From Saprolegnia diclina VS20 (lineage: Eukaryota), in assembly GCF_000281045.1 (NCBI RefSeq), contig NW_008246128.1:86080-128860 (forward strand): a stretch of DNA of 42,781 nt, in the 5' to 3' direction. The notes beneath the pieces were generated by a model. It made no database searches and was not told the origin of the DNA. It saw only the letters and a list, made by a program, of their open reading frames with translations. Shown here one piece after another: positions 20,313 to 38,906 of the stretch (position 1 is the first letter of the stretch; each line of letters begins with the position of its first letter). Both the position numbers and the translations under genes were made by a program.

Positions 20313-23300
20313 ATGGTCGCACGCCGATCCGCGCGGCTGACCGAGCCGGCGCCCGCGGCCACGACCGCCCCGCGCCCCGCTCGACCCACGCGACGTGCCA
20401 AGGCCGCCGAGGTCATCGAGGTCCCGACGAGCTCCGAGGAAGATGGCGACGACGACCAGGAAGATGCAGGGGAAGAGGCAGCCAGCGAAGACGACAAGCC
20501 GCCATCGCCTCCTCGCCGTGGCCGGGCAGCACGCAAGCCCGCTTCGATTTCGCACCTCGAGATGAAGCCGCCAGCAGCCAGCGATGGCAGTGAAGATGAC
20601 AAGCCCATATCGCCGCCTCGTCGGGGCCGGGCAGCACGCAAGCCGGTTGCAGTCTCGCAGCTTGAGATGAAGCCGCCAACCGACGATGAGAGCGAGGATG
20701 ACAAGCCCATATCACCACCGCGTCGTGGCCGGGCAGCACGCAAGCCAGCCCCTGTTGTGGACGTCGAGATGGAGGGGCCTGCCGACGACGCGAGCGAAGA
20801 CGACAAGCCGATATCGCCACCTCGCCGTGGCCGGGCCGCACAAAAGCGCGAGCCGGTCTCGGACCTCGAGATCAAGCCGACGCCAGCCAAGAAGCCGCGT
20901 GTTGCAGCAACCAAGAAGAATGCGATCGTCGATTCGGACGCGTCGGACATGGACGATGTCTCGTGGGCCGATGCGCCCAAGCTGCCCGCCAAGGGCAAGG
21001 GCAAAAAGAAGGTCGTCGTTGCCCGGCCACGCAAGGTGCGTACGCTCAAAGAGAGCAGCGACAGTGAGTTCAACGCGTCGTCGGACGAGAGCAGCGACGT
21101 GGTCTCAGTCGCATCCCAGTACGCACTTGCTTGCACTGCATCGCGTCGACTCACTGTGCGTGTAGCGTCGACTCGGAAGACGACAACCCGATCTTGCCAC
21201 CAGGTTCTTCGCCGATCAAGGTCAAGTTGCCTGCGAAAGCGTCGCCGGCGCCCAAGCCCGCGGGCAACCGACGTCGTCCAGCGCCAAAAAAGGCCGCCAA
21301 GGAGCCGTCCAAAGACCCCAACGACGCTGCACGTCCCCAAAACGCCGAGGACGACCCCGCCGACCCCGTGTACCCGATCTACAAGGCGTGCTACGCGACC
21401 AGCGGCCGCGCGCGGGTACGTTGCATCTCGTCACCCTCCTTATTCTCAGTCCATGGCGTGGTGTAGTGCAAGACGTGCGAGAAGGCGCTCGAGAAGGACG
21501 AGCTTGTGATCTCAGTGACGCTCGAGCACTCGCGCTTTGGCATCAACAGCTACTACAAGGTAGCTGTCTTGATAGTCGTCACTCGTGCTCATACGATCTA
21601 GCACGTGGCCTGCTCTATGCTCTGCGACGCGATCCCGCTCGCCGGTCTCACCGCGCTCTCCAAGAACGACGAAGCCAAGATGGTGGCGGTCATGGCTGCC
21701 AACCGTGCGGCTGGCCTCGACGACGAGCGCATTGCGTTGCGCGAAGAAGACTTTATCAAGCGCGAGATTTTGCCCGGAAAGCTGCCCGTGGCTGCGCTCA
21801 CCGCGAGCTTGCTGCCGTACCAACAAGAAGGCCTCGCATGGTACTAGTCTATGATACACGTGGTGCTGACCGGGTGCAGGATGGTCAACCAAGAGGCGAG
21901 CGCGTACCGCGGCGGTATCTTGGCCGACGAGATGGGCATGGGCAAGACGGTCCAAGCCATTTCGTGCATGTTGGAGCAAATCCGGTTGGAGAAGAATGAC
22001 ACGATGTTCCAGGCCAACGGGCTCCTGCCGGGCGGGACGCTCATCGTGTGCCCCGTCGTCGCCTGCATGCAGGTACGATGCGCAAGCTCGGTGGTACCTT
22101 GTATCAACGAGGTGGCGGCTAGTGGCGGTCGGAGATCGAGCGGTTTGTGGCCAAGGACACGCTGCGCGTGATCATTCACCACGGGCCGAAGCGCACCAAG
22201 CTCGCGGCCGACCTCGCCATGTACGACGTGGTCTTGACGACCTTTTCGATCGTCGAGAGCGAAGGTAGATACACGCTTCTGTGTCGAGTGCTGATTCAAT
22301 GCGTAGGACGCAAGATTCTGGGCGCCGACAAGGACCCGTGTGCGTACTGCGGCAAGCTCTTTTTGCCCGAGAAGCTCATCTTGCACAACAAGTACATTTG
22401 CGGCCCGAACGCACGCAAGACGTCCAAGCAAGCCAAGCAGCAACGCGTACATCGAACCATCTACGTAGCCTGGACGCTCAATCTGCTGCATTAGGGCAAA
22501 GCGGCCAAGGACAAGGCCAAGTCGTTTCAAGACATGGACGACGAGGACGATGCGTCGTCGGAGGACAAGGCCCCGAAGAAGCCGGTCAAGAAACCCCCGG
22601 CCAAAAAACAGGTCATGAAGGGGACGTCGCCGCTGCACGAGATTGCATGGGCCCGCATCATCCTCGACGAGGCCCACTACATCAAGGTGTGGAAGATGCG
22701 ACGACGGTTCGATGCAAATACTGCGTGATAGGATCGTCGGTGCAGCACGGCGCGGTCCGTGTTCAAGCTCACGTCCAAGTTCAAGTGGTGCCTCACGGGT
22801 ATCGTCGTGCTCGATACCTTGATACATTGATACCATACGTGCGAGTAGGCACGCCGCTCCAGAACCGCATTGGCGAGCTCTTTTCGCTCATTCGGTTTCT
22901 GCAAGTGCACCCGTATGCGTACTACCACTGCGCGCAGTGCGCGTGCGAGCAGATTGACTTCCAGTAGGACCCGATTCTCTAGTCACGTGGGGCTTAGGGA
23001 TGGGTGTAGAATGAAGGGCGGGCACTGCAGCCAGTGCAGCCACTCTGCGATGCAGCACTACTCGTCGTTCAACAAGAAGATTCTCAACCCGATCCAAGCG
23101 TACGGCTACGTGGCCGAAGGCAAGGTGGCCATGCTGCGCCTCCAAAACGACCTCTTGCGCCACGTACGACATTGTCTGTCTCTTGTACCGAGGGTAGATC
23201 GGGGCGGCGTAGGTGTTGCTGCGCCGCACCAAGCAGAGCCGCGCCGATGACATTAGTTTGCCGCCCAAGCTCATTGTCGTGCGCCGGGACGCCATGGACG

Positions 23301-24651
23301 AGCGCGAAAAGGACTTTTACGAGGTGCGCCAAGTCTGGAGCCTGGGGACCTGAATATGTGTTCTGCGTAGAGCATTTACACGCAGAGCAAAGCGCAGTTC
23401 AACACGTACGTCTCGGCGGGCACGCTCCTCAACAACTATGCGCACATTTTCGACCTCTTGATTCGGTTGCGCCAAGCAGTCGACCACCCGTACCTCGTAC
23501 GATGCAACCCTCTATCAATGTATTGAGTCGTGCTGATTGACCAATGGTAGGTCATTTACTCCAAGATCAACCCGGCACTGCAGCTGCCGACGCCCGAGCT
23601 GCCGGTCAAGAAGGACCTGCCGCTCACAATCGATGTGGATGACGACGCGGTGGCGGCACCAGTGTGCGACTTTTGCCACGAAGAGGCCGAGGACCCGGTG
23701 CGCGCGGCCTGCAGCCACACGTTCTGCAAGTCGTGCGTTGAGGAGTACATGGCGTCGCTGCTCATGAGTAGGATAACCACGTCCATCTCGCTGGATCTCT
23801 TATGCGATGCCTGTAGACGCCAAGGCGCTCTGCCCAACGTGCGAAGAGCCGCTGACGGTCAACCTCGCGCCGCCCGAGGTGCCACCGGAAGAGATGATCG
23901 ACGTGGCGTCGCCCCGCAGCGTGGACGTGTCGCTCAAGAAGACGCGCGGAAAGCCGAGCTTGCTCTCCAAGCTGCCGCTGCTGAGCGACTTTCAGAGCAG
24001 GTACGATATATATTGGCACGTATCTTGTATATAAACGATGGTGTAGCACCAAGATTGAAGCGCTCATGGAGGAGATCCACCGCATGCAAGAAGTGGATCC
24101 GTCGGCCAAGGGCATTGTGTTTTCGCAGTTTGTCAACATGCTCGACCTCATTGAGCACCGCCTCGAGCTCGCGGGCATTCGCTGCGTGAAGCTCTCGGGC
24201 AGCATGCCCATGGCGATGCGCGAGAAGCTGCTGACGCTCTTCCGGGACGACCCGAAGCTCACAATCTTCCTCATCAGTCTCAAGGCCGGTGGCGTCGCGC
24301 TCAACCTCACGGTCGCGTCCCAGTAATTGTGCTACGAGTGGCGCGTCGGCGACTAATGGTGACTAGCATCTTCCTCATGGACCCATGGTGGAACCCGGCG
24401 GCCGAGCACCAAGCGATCGACCGCACGCACCGACTCGGGCAGTTCAAGCCCATTCGCGCGACCCGGTTCATCGTTGCCAACACGATTGAAGACCGCATCT
24501 TGAAGCTGCAGGTGCGTCGGCCTCTTCTCGGGTGCAAATGATGATGCTGTTGTAGGAGAAGAAGCAGCTGGTGTTTGAAGGCACGGTGGGCTCCAGCACG
24601 GCGGCGCTTGGGCGTCTCACGGTCGAAGACCTCCGCTTCCTCTTCCACTAG
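20313..24651 (+). CDS. RAD16: Rad16-like SNF2 ATPase with RING finger, N-terminal repeats and PARP-type zinc finger
   Basis: More than 15 short introns. Motifs [32 protein letters not shown], Rad16-type [15 protein letters not shown] insert, RING ([17 protein letters not shown]), [34 protein letters not shown], and the terminus [10 protein letters not shown]. Confidence 0.92.
20484..20879 (+). repeat. Four tandem 102-105 bp coding repeats ([19 protein letters not shown]...LEMKP)
   Basis: Units start at 20484, 20589, 20691 and 20793. Confidence 0.95.
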
Positions 24652-25000
24652 TATCGAGTTGATTCTTTCTTATATGGCTCTAAGCTTCGTTGATTGTTTA
24701 CTTGCGGTGTTGGCTGTCGTCCGGTGCAATCTGCTTGCTCGCTGTGGTCTCTGGCCGACGACGTCTTCGCGATGCCGCAATGTAGTTGCGTCCTTAATGC
24801 TCCGCCTTGCTGGATCCTGATCAACTCCTTTTTGCCTCATCTGGTTTCTCTATCGTTGGTGTGGTTCACATATCGAGTCCACGCACGGCCAGCCATATCG
24901 AGTTGCGCTCTCGGGTTGCCTAGTTGAGGTCTCTTGATGTGCAGTCGAGTGCCACTAGGGGTAGGGTTTTGGGCGCCGTTTCGTAGGAAACGGGAGACGC

Positions 25001-27326
25001 ATGCCCACCGAGGTACGGTGCCTGCCGCCTGGCTACGCCCTAAAATCTCTCCTTTGCTGTTAGGACGCAATGTTTAGCATTCGCGATGGCTACCATCTAC
25101 GCGCCATCAATGAGCAGCACGCGGTGGAGGTCGACAAGGCGTGCTTTCCCGAGCTGCTTCGGTCGACGCCGCGCGGCGGCATGAGCGTCAAGGCCCCCGG
25201 GGGAAGCGACGACGACCGTGGACGCCACGTCGCCGCTCGAAGCCTGGCTCGTCTTCCGGCACCGAGACCTTGTACACTCACGACCGCTTCGTAGTACTAG
25301 GTGGTCAACGGTACTGGGGTAGGCGGCGCGAAGCAACCAAGAAATGACGCCGCGGCGTTCGTCTCCATCGCCACCACAGCACTACGCACTGCCACTGCAG
25401 CCATGCCGACCTGTCAAGCTCCAGCCAAAGACGCAGCTCCGGTACTTGCCCCACTTGCTGCCGTCACCGCGGCCGAGTCGGACACCGCCACTTGTACCAA
25501 CCGAGTACGCTATTGCACTCTCCAGCAGGGTAACGCGATGGCGTAGACCCGAGGTCGAGCCAAAGCGGTACGAGACCGAGACGAGTCGCTTCCGCATGCG
25601 CACGACGATCAAAGCCTCGCGCACATCGACGCTCTCGGCTCGGATCGCGCAGTTTATGCTGGCGCCAGAGGCCCTCGCCGAGGTCGAGGCGGCCGCAGCC
25701 GCGCGCAAGCTCGCGCACCGCGCCATCCACGCATCCGCCGACGACCGCGTCGCCATCAACAAGCAGCTAGTCGTGCAGCCTGTACCGCCCGAGGCCCGCC
25801 ATGTTTGTCGTCGACATAACAGACAATATGTCCACATGCGACGATGTAGGAACGGAACGAGATACAGCAGTCGCGACGCAAGGCGCAGGTAGAACGCTAC
25901 TTTCAGCACCAAGAGACGATGCGGCAAGCCACGGAGCGCAGCGTCGATCGTTGGGGTGCGCGTCGGCGCCAAGAGAAGGCCAACTACCTCCGACACGCCC
26001 GCACCAAGCGCGTCTTGGTCAGTGTCCTGGTGGCTCTCGCTGCCGACAAGCTGCGCCGGCGCTTCAAGGTACGCAACGCAAAAAGACGTTTGGTGTAGAG
26101 CGGTAGACGTACTAGCTGGTCGAGCCGACGATCAAGATGGCCCAGATGGTACACGCCTCCAAGAAGATCCAGGCATTTTGGCGGGCCAAGACGCAAGCCA
26201 TGTCCTTATCGCAAGCGGCCGAGGCCGTTTTGACGATCCAGCGCTTCATCCTCCGCCGCATGGGCACGTACCGCAACCAGCGCAAGCGCCGCGCTGTCCT
26301 CGTCCTTATCACGAGCCTCCGCGAGTGCGAAGATGCGAAGTTTCGACGCGTTTGTCGCACCATGAGAGTATCAATCTTTCAACAAGACACATATGTGTAG
26401 GCCATGTTCAAGTACCGGCAATCGGTGCGGCAGTTCCAGTCCATGTGGCGTAGCTGGGCAGTCATCACCGACGCCCGCGTCAAGCTCTTGTTGCTCTTTT
26501 GGACCAAGGTCGAGAAGAAACTCCATGCTGGTGTCTCATTCTCTATCTTTCGAGGATTGAGTTTTTACGGTGTAGCGGTGTCCGAGGCGCGCGAGAAGAC
26601 ACCGGTAGAAGCAGCGACGACCGGCTTTCTTTCATCTTGCGTAGGAGCCCTTGGATCATCGCGGCAGCCACCGCCGAAGCAACATGTCGGGGCGCCACAG
26701 TACCTACGGTGCCGCGACGACGAGGGGTCGAGGGGGTGGCCCCATTTAAAAAATGGAATTTTGTAGGTCCCCCGTCCAGTGCCGGTACAAAAAAAGTGGT
26801 CCACGCCGTCAAGATGCTCGAGCACCTCAATGCGATCTTGTCGCCGGAAGACGAAGTGCAAAAGGCTGCGCAACACGCGGCACGCATTCCCCTTCCGTGC
26901 GTAGACCATTGGCGTCTGCACTTCAGCATACGGTGACTGTAGCCTCAAGGTGAGCTTGCTCAAAGCGCTCCTCTCGACCAAGCGGCACGAGTTTCTGAGC
27001 CGTCGCGAAAAACTACGGTAATTAGGAATGTACCAAGTGTCATTTTGATAGACAATAGGGCGGCGTGGGAGAAGGACCGCGACGAACGCCGGCGACGGGG
27101 CTTTGGCATGGACGTCTCGTCCGTCCTCATGTTTGACAGTCTTCGGTACGGGAAAGCGCAGTTTCTCATGCTGCAGCACGTTCGGGAAGCCGACATTGCA
27201 GGTACTAGTACGTCGCACCGACAACGCAGTCATGACGCGTGCGTAGACCTCATTGCGCAAGCCGAAAGCATCCACGCGCAGTCGCGGTCGTCGATGCCGT
27301 CCCGCCTCGACGCCCGGCTCTTCTGA
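25001..27326 (+). CDS. Multi-exon basic helical protein with IQ-like motifs, function unknown
   Basis: Joinable exons include KIQAFWRAK, TIQRFILRR and QFQSMWRSW, ending SRLDARLF*. The 5' structure (MPTE|DAMFS..) is uncertain. Confidence 0.6.
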
Positions 27327-27444
27327 CGCTTCCTGTAAATATGTAAATTTACATGCGAGTGTTCCTCTTTTGTCTCGGAGATATTCATGAGCCACAAGAC
27401 AATAATGTATGTACGCGATAAATTAGATCCTCTCGGCGCTGTCC

Positions 27445-29250
27445 TCAGTGGGTTGTGTGGGGGACGGCCACGCCGGCCTTGCGCAGTCGCTCGGCGTTCA
27501 GCACCATCTCGGTCGCGTCCATGGCCCACTTGTCGGTGGTTTCGCGCTTGCGCTGCTCCGAGAGCATTTGCTGCGCCAGTTGCTACACCAAGTCCGTTCA
27601 TAGAAAACACAATCCCTCGGACTTTTCGTACCTGACGGTACGCCTTGTCTTGCGCATGTTTGGCCGCTTGCTTGGCCCGAGCTTGCACTTCGGCCGCCAG
27701 CGTATCCTGGATCCAGTCCTTATCCGCTTGCAGACTCGAGTCTTTTTCTTTCTTCATGGCCAGGAGGCGGTCGGCGTGCTGCTTCTCGAGCGCCTCCCGC
27801 TGGCGCTTGTTGCTCTCCTCTTGGCGCGCGCGTTTCGCGGCTTCCATTGCCGCTGTGCGCGCGTCGACGTCGGCTTGTACCCGCTTGGCTCGGTCTTCGT
27901 CGAGCCGCGCCTTCTCGGCGTCCGAGACGACGTTGAGAAGCGCCATGTTGACCCGCTTCTCTTGGCGCGCGTATGTGCGTTCGAGCGCGTCGAGCCGCTT
28001 TCGCTCTTGCTCGGCGAGACGCTCCATGTACTGTCGGTGGACGCATCTGTCCTGCTCTTGGTCGGCAAGCGCCGCCTTGCGTTTTTCTAGTCGGCGGGGT
28101 AGGGTCCACCGCTTCGAAGCATATTCTTTTATGTACCGTCGAGCAGTTTTTGGTTTTCGAGCTTGACGCGTTCGACGTCTTTGGCCTTGAGGAGCTTTTG
28201 GTGCTCGAGCCGAAGCCGGTCTTGCTCCAGCGCCGCCTACAGTCGTCGGTCGGTCGGCTGCTGCATGCAAGCATGTCGGAACCTTGGTGCGCGCGACATC
28301 GTCGAGCTCGGCTTGGATCTCTGCGTTGCGCTGTCGCGCCTTCCGCTGCCGCGCTTCGTCGACCATGCGCTGGAACTCGGCACTGTCCTGCAGCTGCTTT
28401 TGCTCCTTCTCGACTAGCTTCTTTTGCTGCAGCACCTAGTGCAGTTCACCTTGTCATGCAGCGTGTCGGCAGTAAAGAGTGCACTTGGTAGCTGGCCAAC
28501 TCGCGCTGCTGCTGCTCAAAATGCGCCAATTCGACCGACTTTTCGGCGGCGACTTGCTGGCGCTTGCTGCTGTTCTGCGCGTCGAGGGCGCGCTTCATGT
28601 CGGCCCGCTGCGCCATTGCCGCCTGCCGCCGTCGCTGCTCTTCGGCTTGCACCTCGATTTGCTCGAGCGCATACATCTAGTGACGCGTCGCCATCCTCCG
28701 TGCAGCAAATCGAGCACGTACTTTGGCCCACGCGTTGGGCGGCTGCTGGCGTGCTGGTCGGTGTTTCGGGTCGGGCTCGTGCCTACTGTAGCGTTGAGCT
28801 CGAGATACTGCACAGCCATGGAAACCACCGCAAGTCGAGGGTGGCCGGCGCGGGACTCGACTGCGACCGTTCGGGCTGGCGTCGGCCCGGCGCTGCGTCT
28901 TTGGCCTTGGGCGGCTCGCGCATTGCAAAGGTCGCCAGGTTCCGCTCAACGAAATGCGCCAGCACCTTGGTGCCATGCGACCGCTTCTGCTCGACGGCCA
29001 AGTCCCGCTTCCGCGAGATCTCGACGCGCCGCGCGTCATCGAGCTGCTGCTTGGAGGCCGTCGCGGCTTGCTTTTCTCGCTTGACGGCCAGCGACTTGGC
29101 CGCGAGGAGCTGCTGCGCACGCGTGAGCTCGACCATGCCACGTGCGTTTTGTCCGAAAATAGGTTTTGTGTTAGTCGCAACTAGTCGACTGTAGTCGAGT
29201 CGCGCCGTAGCTGATGGGAGTGAACTCGATGGGGCAGGCGGGACAGCCAT
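27445..29250 (-). CDS. Long coiled-coil protein, TPH-domain/CFAP45-like (possible flagellar protein)
   Basis: E/K/R/Q/A-rich helical exons. C-terminal MDATEMVLNAERL resembles the M..E..LN..L end motif of this protein class. Confidence 0.6.
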
Positions 29251-29613
29251 TTCTTTGCGTCTGACTACCGTACTAAGTACTACGCAGTGAATCGTACTGT
29301 ACAGCAAGCTACTGAGGTGTGGGACTGCTCTGGCGCAGTGGGATGGTTGCAGCGCATCAAGGCAGCTGGTGCCATGACGGTAGCCACACGACGGCGCTGG
29401 ACTGTCTGAGAAGGAAGCCAAAGCGATGTCGCGACGCACTCGGCAACCGCCGATGTTCATGGCGATTTTGAGGGTAGAGGAATAGCGCAATGACACATGA
29501 CGCTTGGGATGCTGGTACCTGCAGCTTGCTATTGAGAGGCGACATGTATAGTCGTAGAACTGTGCGCAGGCCAGTATTGATGGCATAGAATAAGGAGACT
29601 AGAGCTAATGAGG

Positions 29614-30033
29614 CTACGTGAGCCGCACCTTCTTGGCGCTGCGCGGCGACACGGCGTGCATGACGTCGTCCGGGACGCTGCGGTCTTCGTCGAGGATCTC
29701 GAGGATGCGCTTGACGCGGACGACGGGCGGCGCGGGCACGTCGCTTTCGCTGCCGCTGCCGTCCATGGCCTCGTCGACAGCGTCGCGCTCGCGCTTGCGC
29801 ACCTTGTCGCGGCGCAGCACGCGCTCGCGCAGGCTCTGCGACGCATGGCCGGCCTGGCGTCGCGGGCTGATGCTCACAGCCTTGTCGACCGACTGATGGC
29901 TTGGCGTGCGCGGCTTGTCCGAGGCCCTTCGCGGGCTTGCCGTGTGCACGGGCAGCGGCCGCGCGATGGGCAGGAGGCTCATGTTCATCGACACGAAGCT
30001 CCATGGCTGGGCGGCGTCCACGCAAGGGTCCAT
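29614..30033 (-). CDS. Small basic, probably disordered nuclear protein (139 aa)
   Basis: Intronless with high GC3, several SPR sites and a C-terminal NLS-like KKVRL. Two CCAAT boxes lie at about 30095 and 30132. Confidence 0.65.
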   Translation of the reverse strand: MDPCVDAAQPWSFVSMNMSLLPIARPLPVHTASPRRASDKPRTPSHQSVDKAVSISPRRQAGHASQSLRERVLRRDKVRKRERDAVDEAMDGSGSESDVPAPPVVRVKRILEILDEDRSVPDDVMHAVSPRSAKKVRLT

Positions 30034-30764
30034 CGAAGCCGAAGATTTCGCAAAAATAGGCCGCAACCTCTCGGGCCACGCTAATGTATTTCAGCCAATC
30101 AGACTACACCCATCTGGTTCAACGTCGTCGGATTGGTTAAAATGGCGTCCACCGCACACGGAACGGTACTGGTAGTAGCCAGACCCGAGCCAGATCATAT
30201 CCGCAAGTCAGAGAACAGGGCGACCTCGCCCTGGCAAAGGCTCTGTGCATGCTCGCGGGAAAGAGCTTGAGGATGTTGCGCCTGCTTGGAGATAGCGACG
30301 TACGTTGGCCGCGAAACGCCACTTCAACTTCAACCCGCCGCATACAAACCTTCGCGACGTTACTACTGCACAAAACGTACTACGCGCACGTCCCACGATC
30401 GATGCCAACGGTGTTAGGTACCCTTGTGGATGCCTGGAGAAACAGGGTGTGCTTGTCAGGATTTGAACTGCCGGCCAGAGACGACCAGCGCTTCGGGTAC
30501 TTGTGGTAATTTCGCGCCAGTATACGCACAAGGAGAGCGCAGCCAACGTACGAATCGTGCTGTCTTGGTCTTAAAGGAGGTATCGCCAAGGAGCTACTCA
30601 GTGCGTAGAAGTCCGGCTGCGTGTTGGAACCAGGACATGGGATTAGGATACAGGATCTTCCAAATCACACACATTCCGCAAAATGACCATCACTCTCCTT
30701 GTCAAGATCGCAAAATGTTAGTTCGTCGAGATCTGCGATTCCAGAATAAAAACGTAGCTTGTCC

Positions 30765-36252
<5,488 letters not shown>

Positions 36253-37037
36253 TGTTGCGCACGTGGCGTGTTTGCGCAGCGTGGGCTTTTTCTTGTGCTA
36301 CGTCGGCGCCGCCACAAGAACGGCGTCGGCAATACGTGGCCTCGTCGTCGATAGCACAGACAGTATTGTCCACGAGATGGATAGAAATATAGATGTATGA
36401 ATCGGGGACTATGTAACGACATGTGGATTGTCTAGAGTTGCAGCATGACCACAGTCCGACAAGCGAATGAGATTCTCGGGCGGCGTACTGCAGTGCGGTT
36501 TTCTTCAAGGTCGCGAGTCCCTTCCTCGTCGAAGTCATTTCCTGCAAGCGTCAATGGGCGTAGGTGAGACCGTTTACAAGCGTCGCGATCTCCAGGTCCG
36601 ACAAGCTAGCTACCTTCGCCATCACGTATTTTGTTATCAAGGTTGTTTTAGTCCATTGATAGTCCATCCTTTGCACCGGCACCGAACCGTGGCTTCGACC
36701 GTGTCCTGAGATTTGAATGGGATGCCAGCAGAAGGCATTGGCTCGCGGGATTCACGCTGGCCCACAGCACGCCAGCGCTAGAGTCGGCACTTACACCTCT
36801 CTCGGAGACTGCAGACCATACTGCACGATGACCGCAGTCTCTTGCGACGATGATGTCAACGTCGTTGCTGCCATGGTACTTCTCATGGGTGCGACTTCCA
36901 ACCGTGTTGTGTGACGGCTTCGTGCATCGTACTATAGCTCTAGTAACGTCGTAATGTAGTCGTAGCTGGCTCAGCAACGCGCACTCAGATTCAATTGCTC
37001 GAAATATATTTAGCACACGTCGTTTGGACAGTGTCCA

Positions 37038-37739
37038 CTACATCTCGTACATGGAATATGCATACGGGTCGACAAAAGCCTCGTCTCGCACTAAGACGTC
37101 GTCGGTCGCCAGCGTGAGCGTGACGCGGAAAGGCTGCGACGACGCCAAGCAGTAGCGCACGTGCTCGTACGTGCACAACATGCGCTGTCGGTCGGCCAAA
37201 CACACGTCAGTGTCGGTCATGGCTAGTACATAGTTGCTCGCGTTGTACTCACTGCGCGGTGGAGCGTCGGGGCAGCAATGAAAGGCGTGCAAGATGGCGT
37301 CGACAGCATTCCCGACCGTGTCGTCTGCGAGCAGCAAGACGTTAAGTCGGTTGCAGACTCGAAAGCGGTCCCGTAACGCAGCGTCGACGCAGCGCAGTGG
37401 CACCACACTGCACAGCGCACGCGCCCAGTCGCCCCAATCGGTCGACGACGCGGACCGGAGCTGAAGCGTCCCGTGGTGAGTTGTGATGACTTCAGTCTCG
37501 GATGAATTGAAGCCGAGACGCACGGCGGTGATGCTGGCGACGGGAATGTCGACGCGTCCGAGCGGTCGGTCGTGATGGTCGCACTCGTCGTACGAGAGAG
37601 CGTCTTGGTCGAGGACAAAGTACCGGTGGGTCGCTTGGGAGCTCCTGGGCTGGAAGCGCACCGAGAGCCGGCCTTGCATGGTCATCGGCGCGCTCACGAG
37701 CGACGTTGGCAGCAGCGCTTCCGTCACGAGACACAGCAT
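37038..37739 (-). CDS. PH domain + PI3K Ras-binding-domain-like protein
   Basis: PH: MQGRLSV..RYFVL..LSY..LGRV..I..V..LQLRS..DWARAL. Then NYVLAM..L..RMLCTYEHVRYCL..FRVTL, resembling the PI3K_rbd C-terminal half. Start codon uncertain. Confidence 0.7.
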   Translation of the reverse strand: MLCLVTEALLPTSLVSAPMTMQGRLSVRFQPRSSQATHRYFVLDQDALSYDECDHHDRPLGRVDIPVASITAVRLGFNSSETEVITTHHGTLQLRSASSTDWGDWARALCSVVPLRCVDAALRDRFRVCNRLNVLLLADDTVGNAVDAILHAFHCCPDAPPRSEYNASNYVLAMTDTDVCLADRQRMLCTYEHVRYCLASSQPFRVTLTLATDDVLVRDEAFVDPYAYSMYEM

Positions 37740-38906
37740 TCGTACTTTTGCTGATGGCAATCTGAATGTCAAAACTTCAAGTGCGTGCCATGCGTATTGA
37801 CGACGGCAAGAATGTTGGTATGCTCGCAAGCAGTCGCAAGTTAGTGTGGTCCACAGCCTGGGTTTATTCCAGCACAAGACTACGAGAGGCGAAATTTAGT
37901 GAATGTGGATTTCATACACTACCGGTACTAGAAGTTACTCGACGGGATCCATGCGCAGCACACGCTAATTGCCACATCTCCCAAGTCAATGTATTTTAAC
38001 GATTTTGATTGGATATATATTGCTTCTCTTTTTAGCCAATCCAATGACATGTCGACCTGCCAGGCGCAGCGGCCGTGCACTCCGTGACCGAAACCAGACT
38101 TGGAAATGATTTCGCTCAAACTTGGCATGACGATAAAGGATGCTTTGAGGAGCTTGGAAAGCTATGTCACATGGACGTTGGAAGCCTACATCAAGAGATT
38201 TTGGCCGCAAGAATTTTAAATATGGCATATGCTAAATATAACCACATATTGCCATTTTTGCAACTCTGGCTCGCACCATATCTCGCTTCGCAGGCATGCT
38301 TGTGTACTCAACACACGTCATCGCTAATCACAGAGACTTCTTAATGGTTTTGCGATAAGAAAGTGATCATGATCAGAGGTAGGTACATATGCTCTTGCAC
38401 GCCCATCAACGTGTCGTCCACAGCACTCTTGAGCTCTCCGAGTTGAGAAGACTTTTGTCTCAACCGCACTCGGTCGATCGCAGTCATCCACCTACAGAAA
38501 CGGTGCTCACGAGAGCTTGCTTTAACACAAAGCTACGCGGACTTCAGGACCCAGGACCCAGGACCAAATTCATCATGCAAGGTGCTGGCGACGCCCTTGT
38601 AGCGCCTGATGGTCTGAAGTGAGCTAGCTCTTATAGAGTCGATTTGGCGCTTCGTTTGGAGTCCTCCACCCTGGCCCCTGGTACACGGCGAGCTCGCCAA
38701 GCACCGAGCATGTCGTCGCCAGCTGGGCAAGATACAACCGGAAACGAATGCGGCCTCTTGATTCGTGGACACGCAGCCAATAAATGGCCGTGTTTACGCT
38801 CGTTTCCCGGATATCTGGCCAATCGTGTTGCGCCGTGGCGTGGGTCATCCGGATACCAAGCCGCGCAGCTGATTCGGCGAGGATCCTGTCTTTGGCATAC
38901 TGCAAG

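Noticed and set aside
20484..20879. Repeat-spacer-like periodicity resembling CRISPR
   Set aside because: In-frame coding repeats in a eukaryotic gene; the units diverge at synonymous sites and there are no cas genes.
30100..30760. Short ORFs here and at 36300-37030 and 37900-38780
   Set aside because: Low codon bias and no motifs; treated as intergenic.
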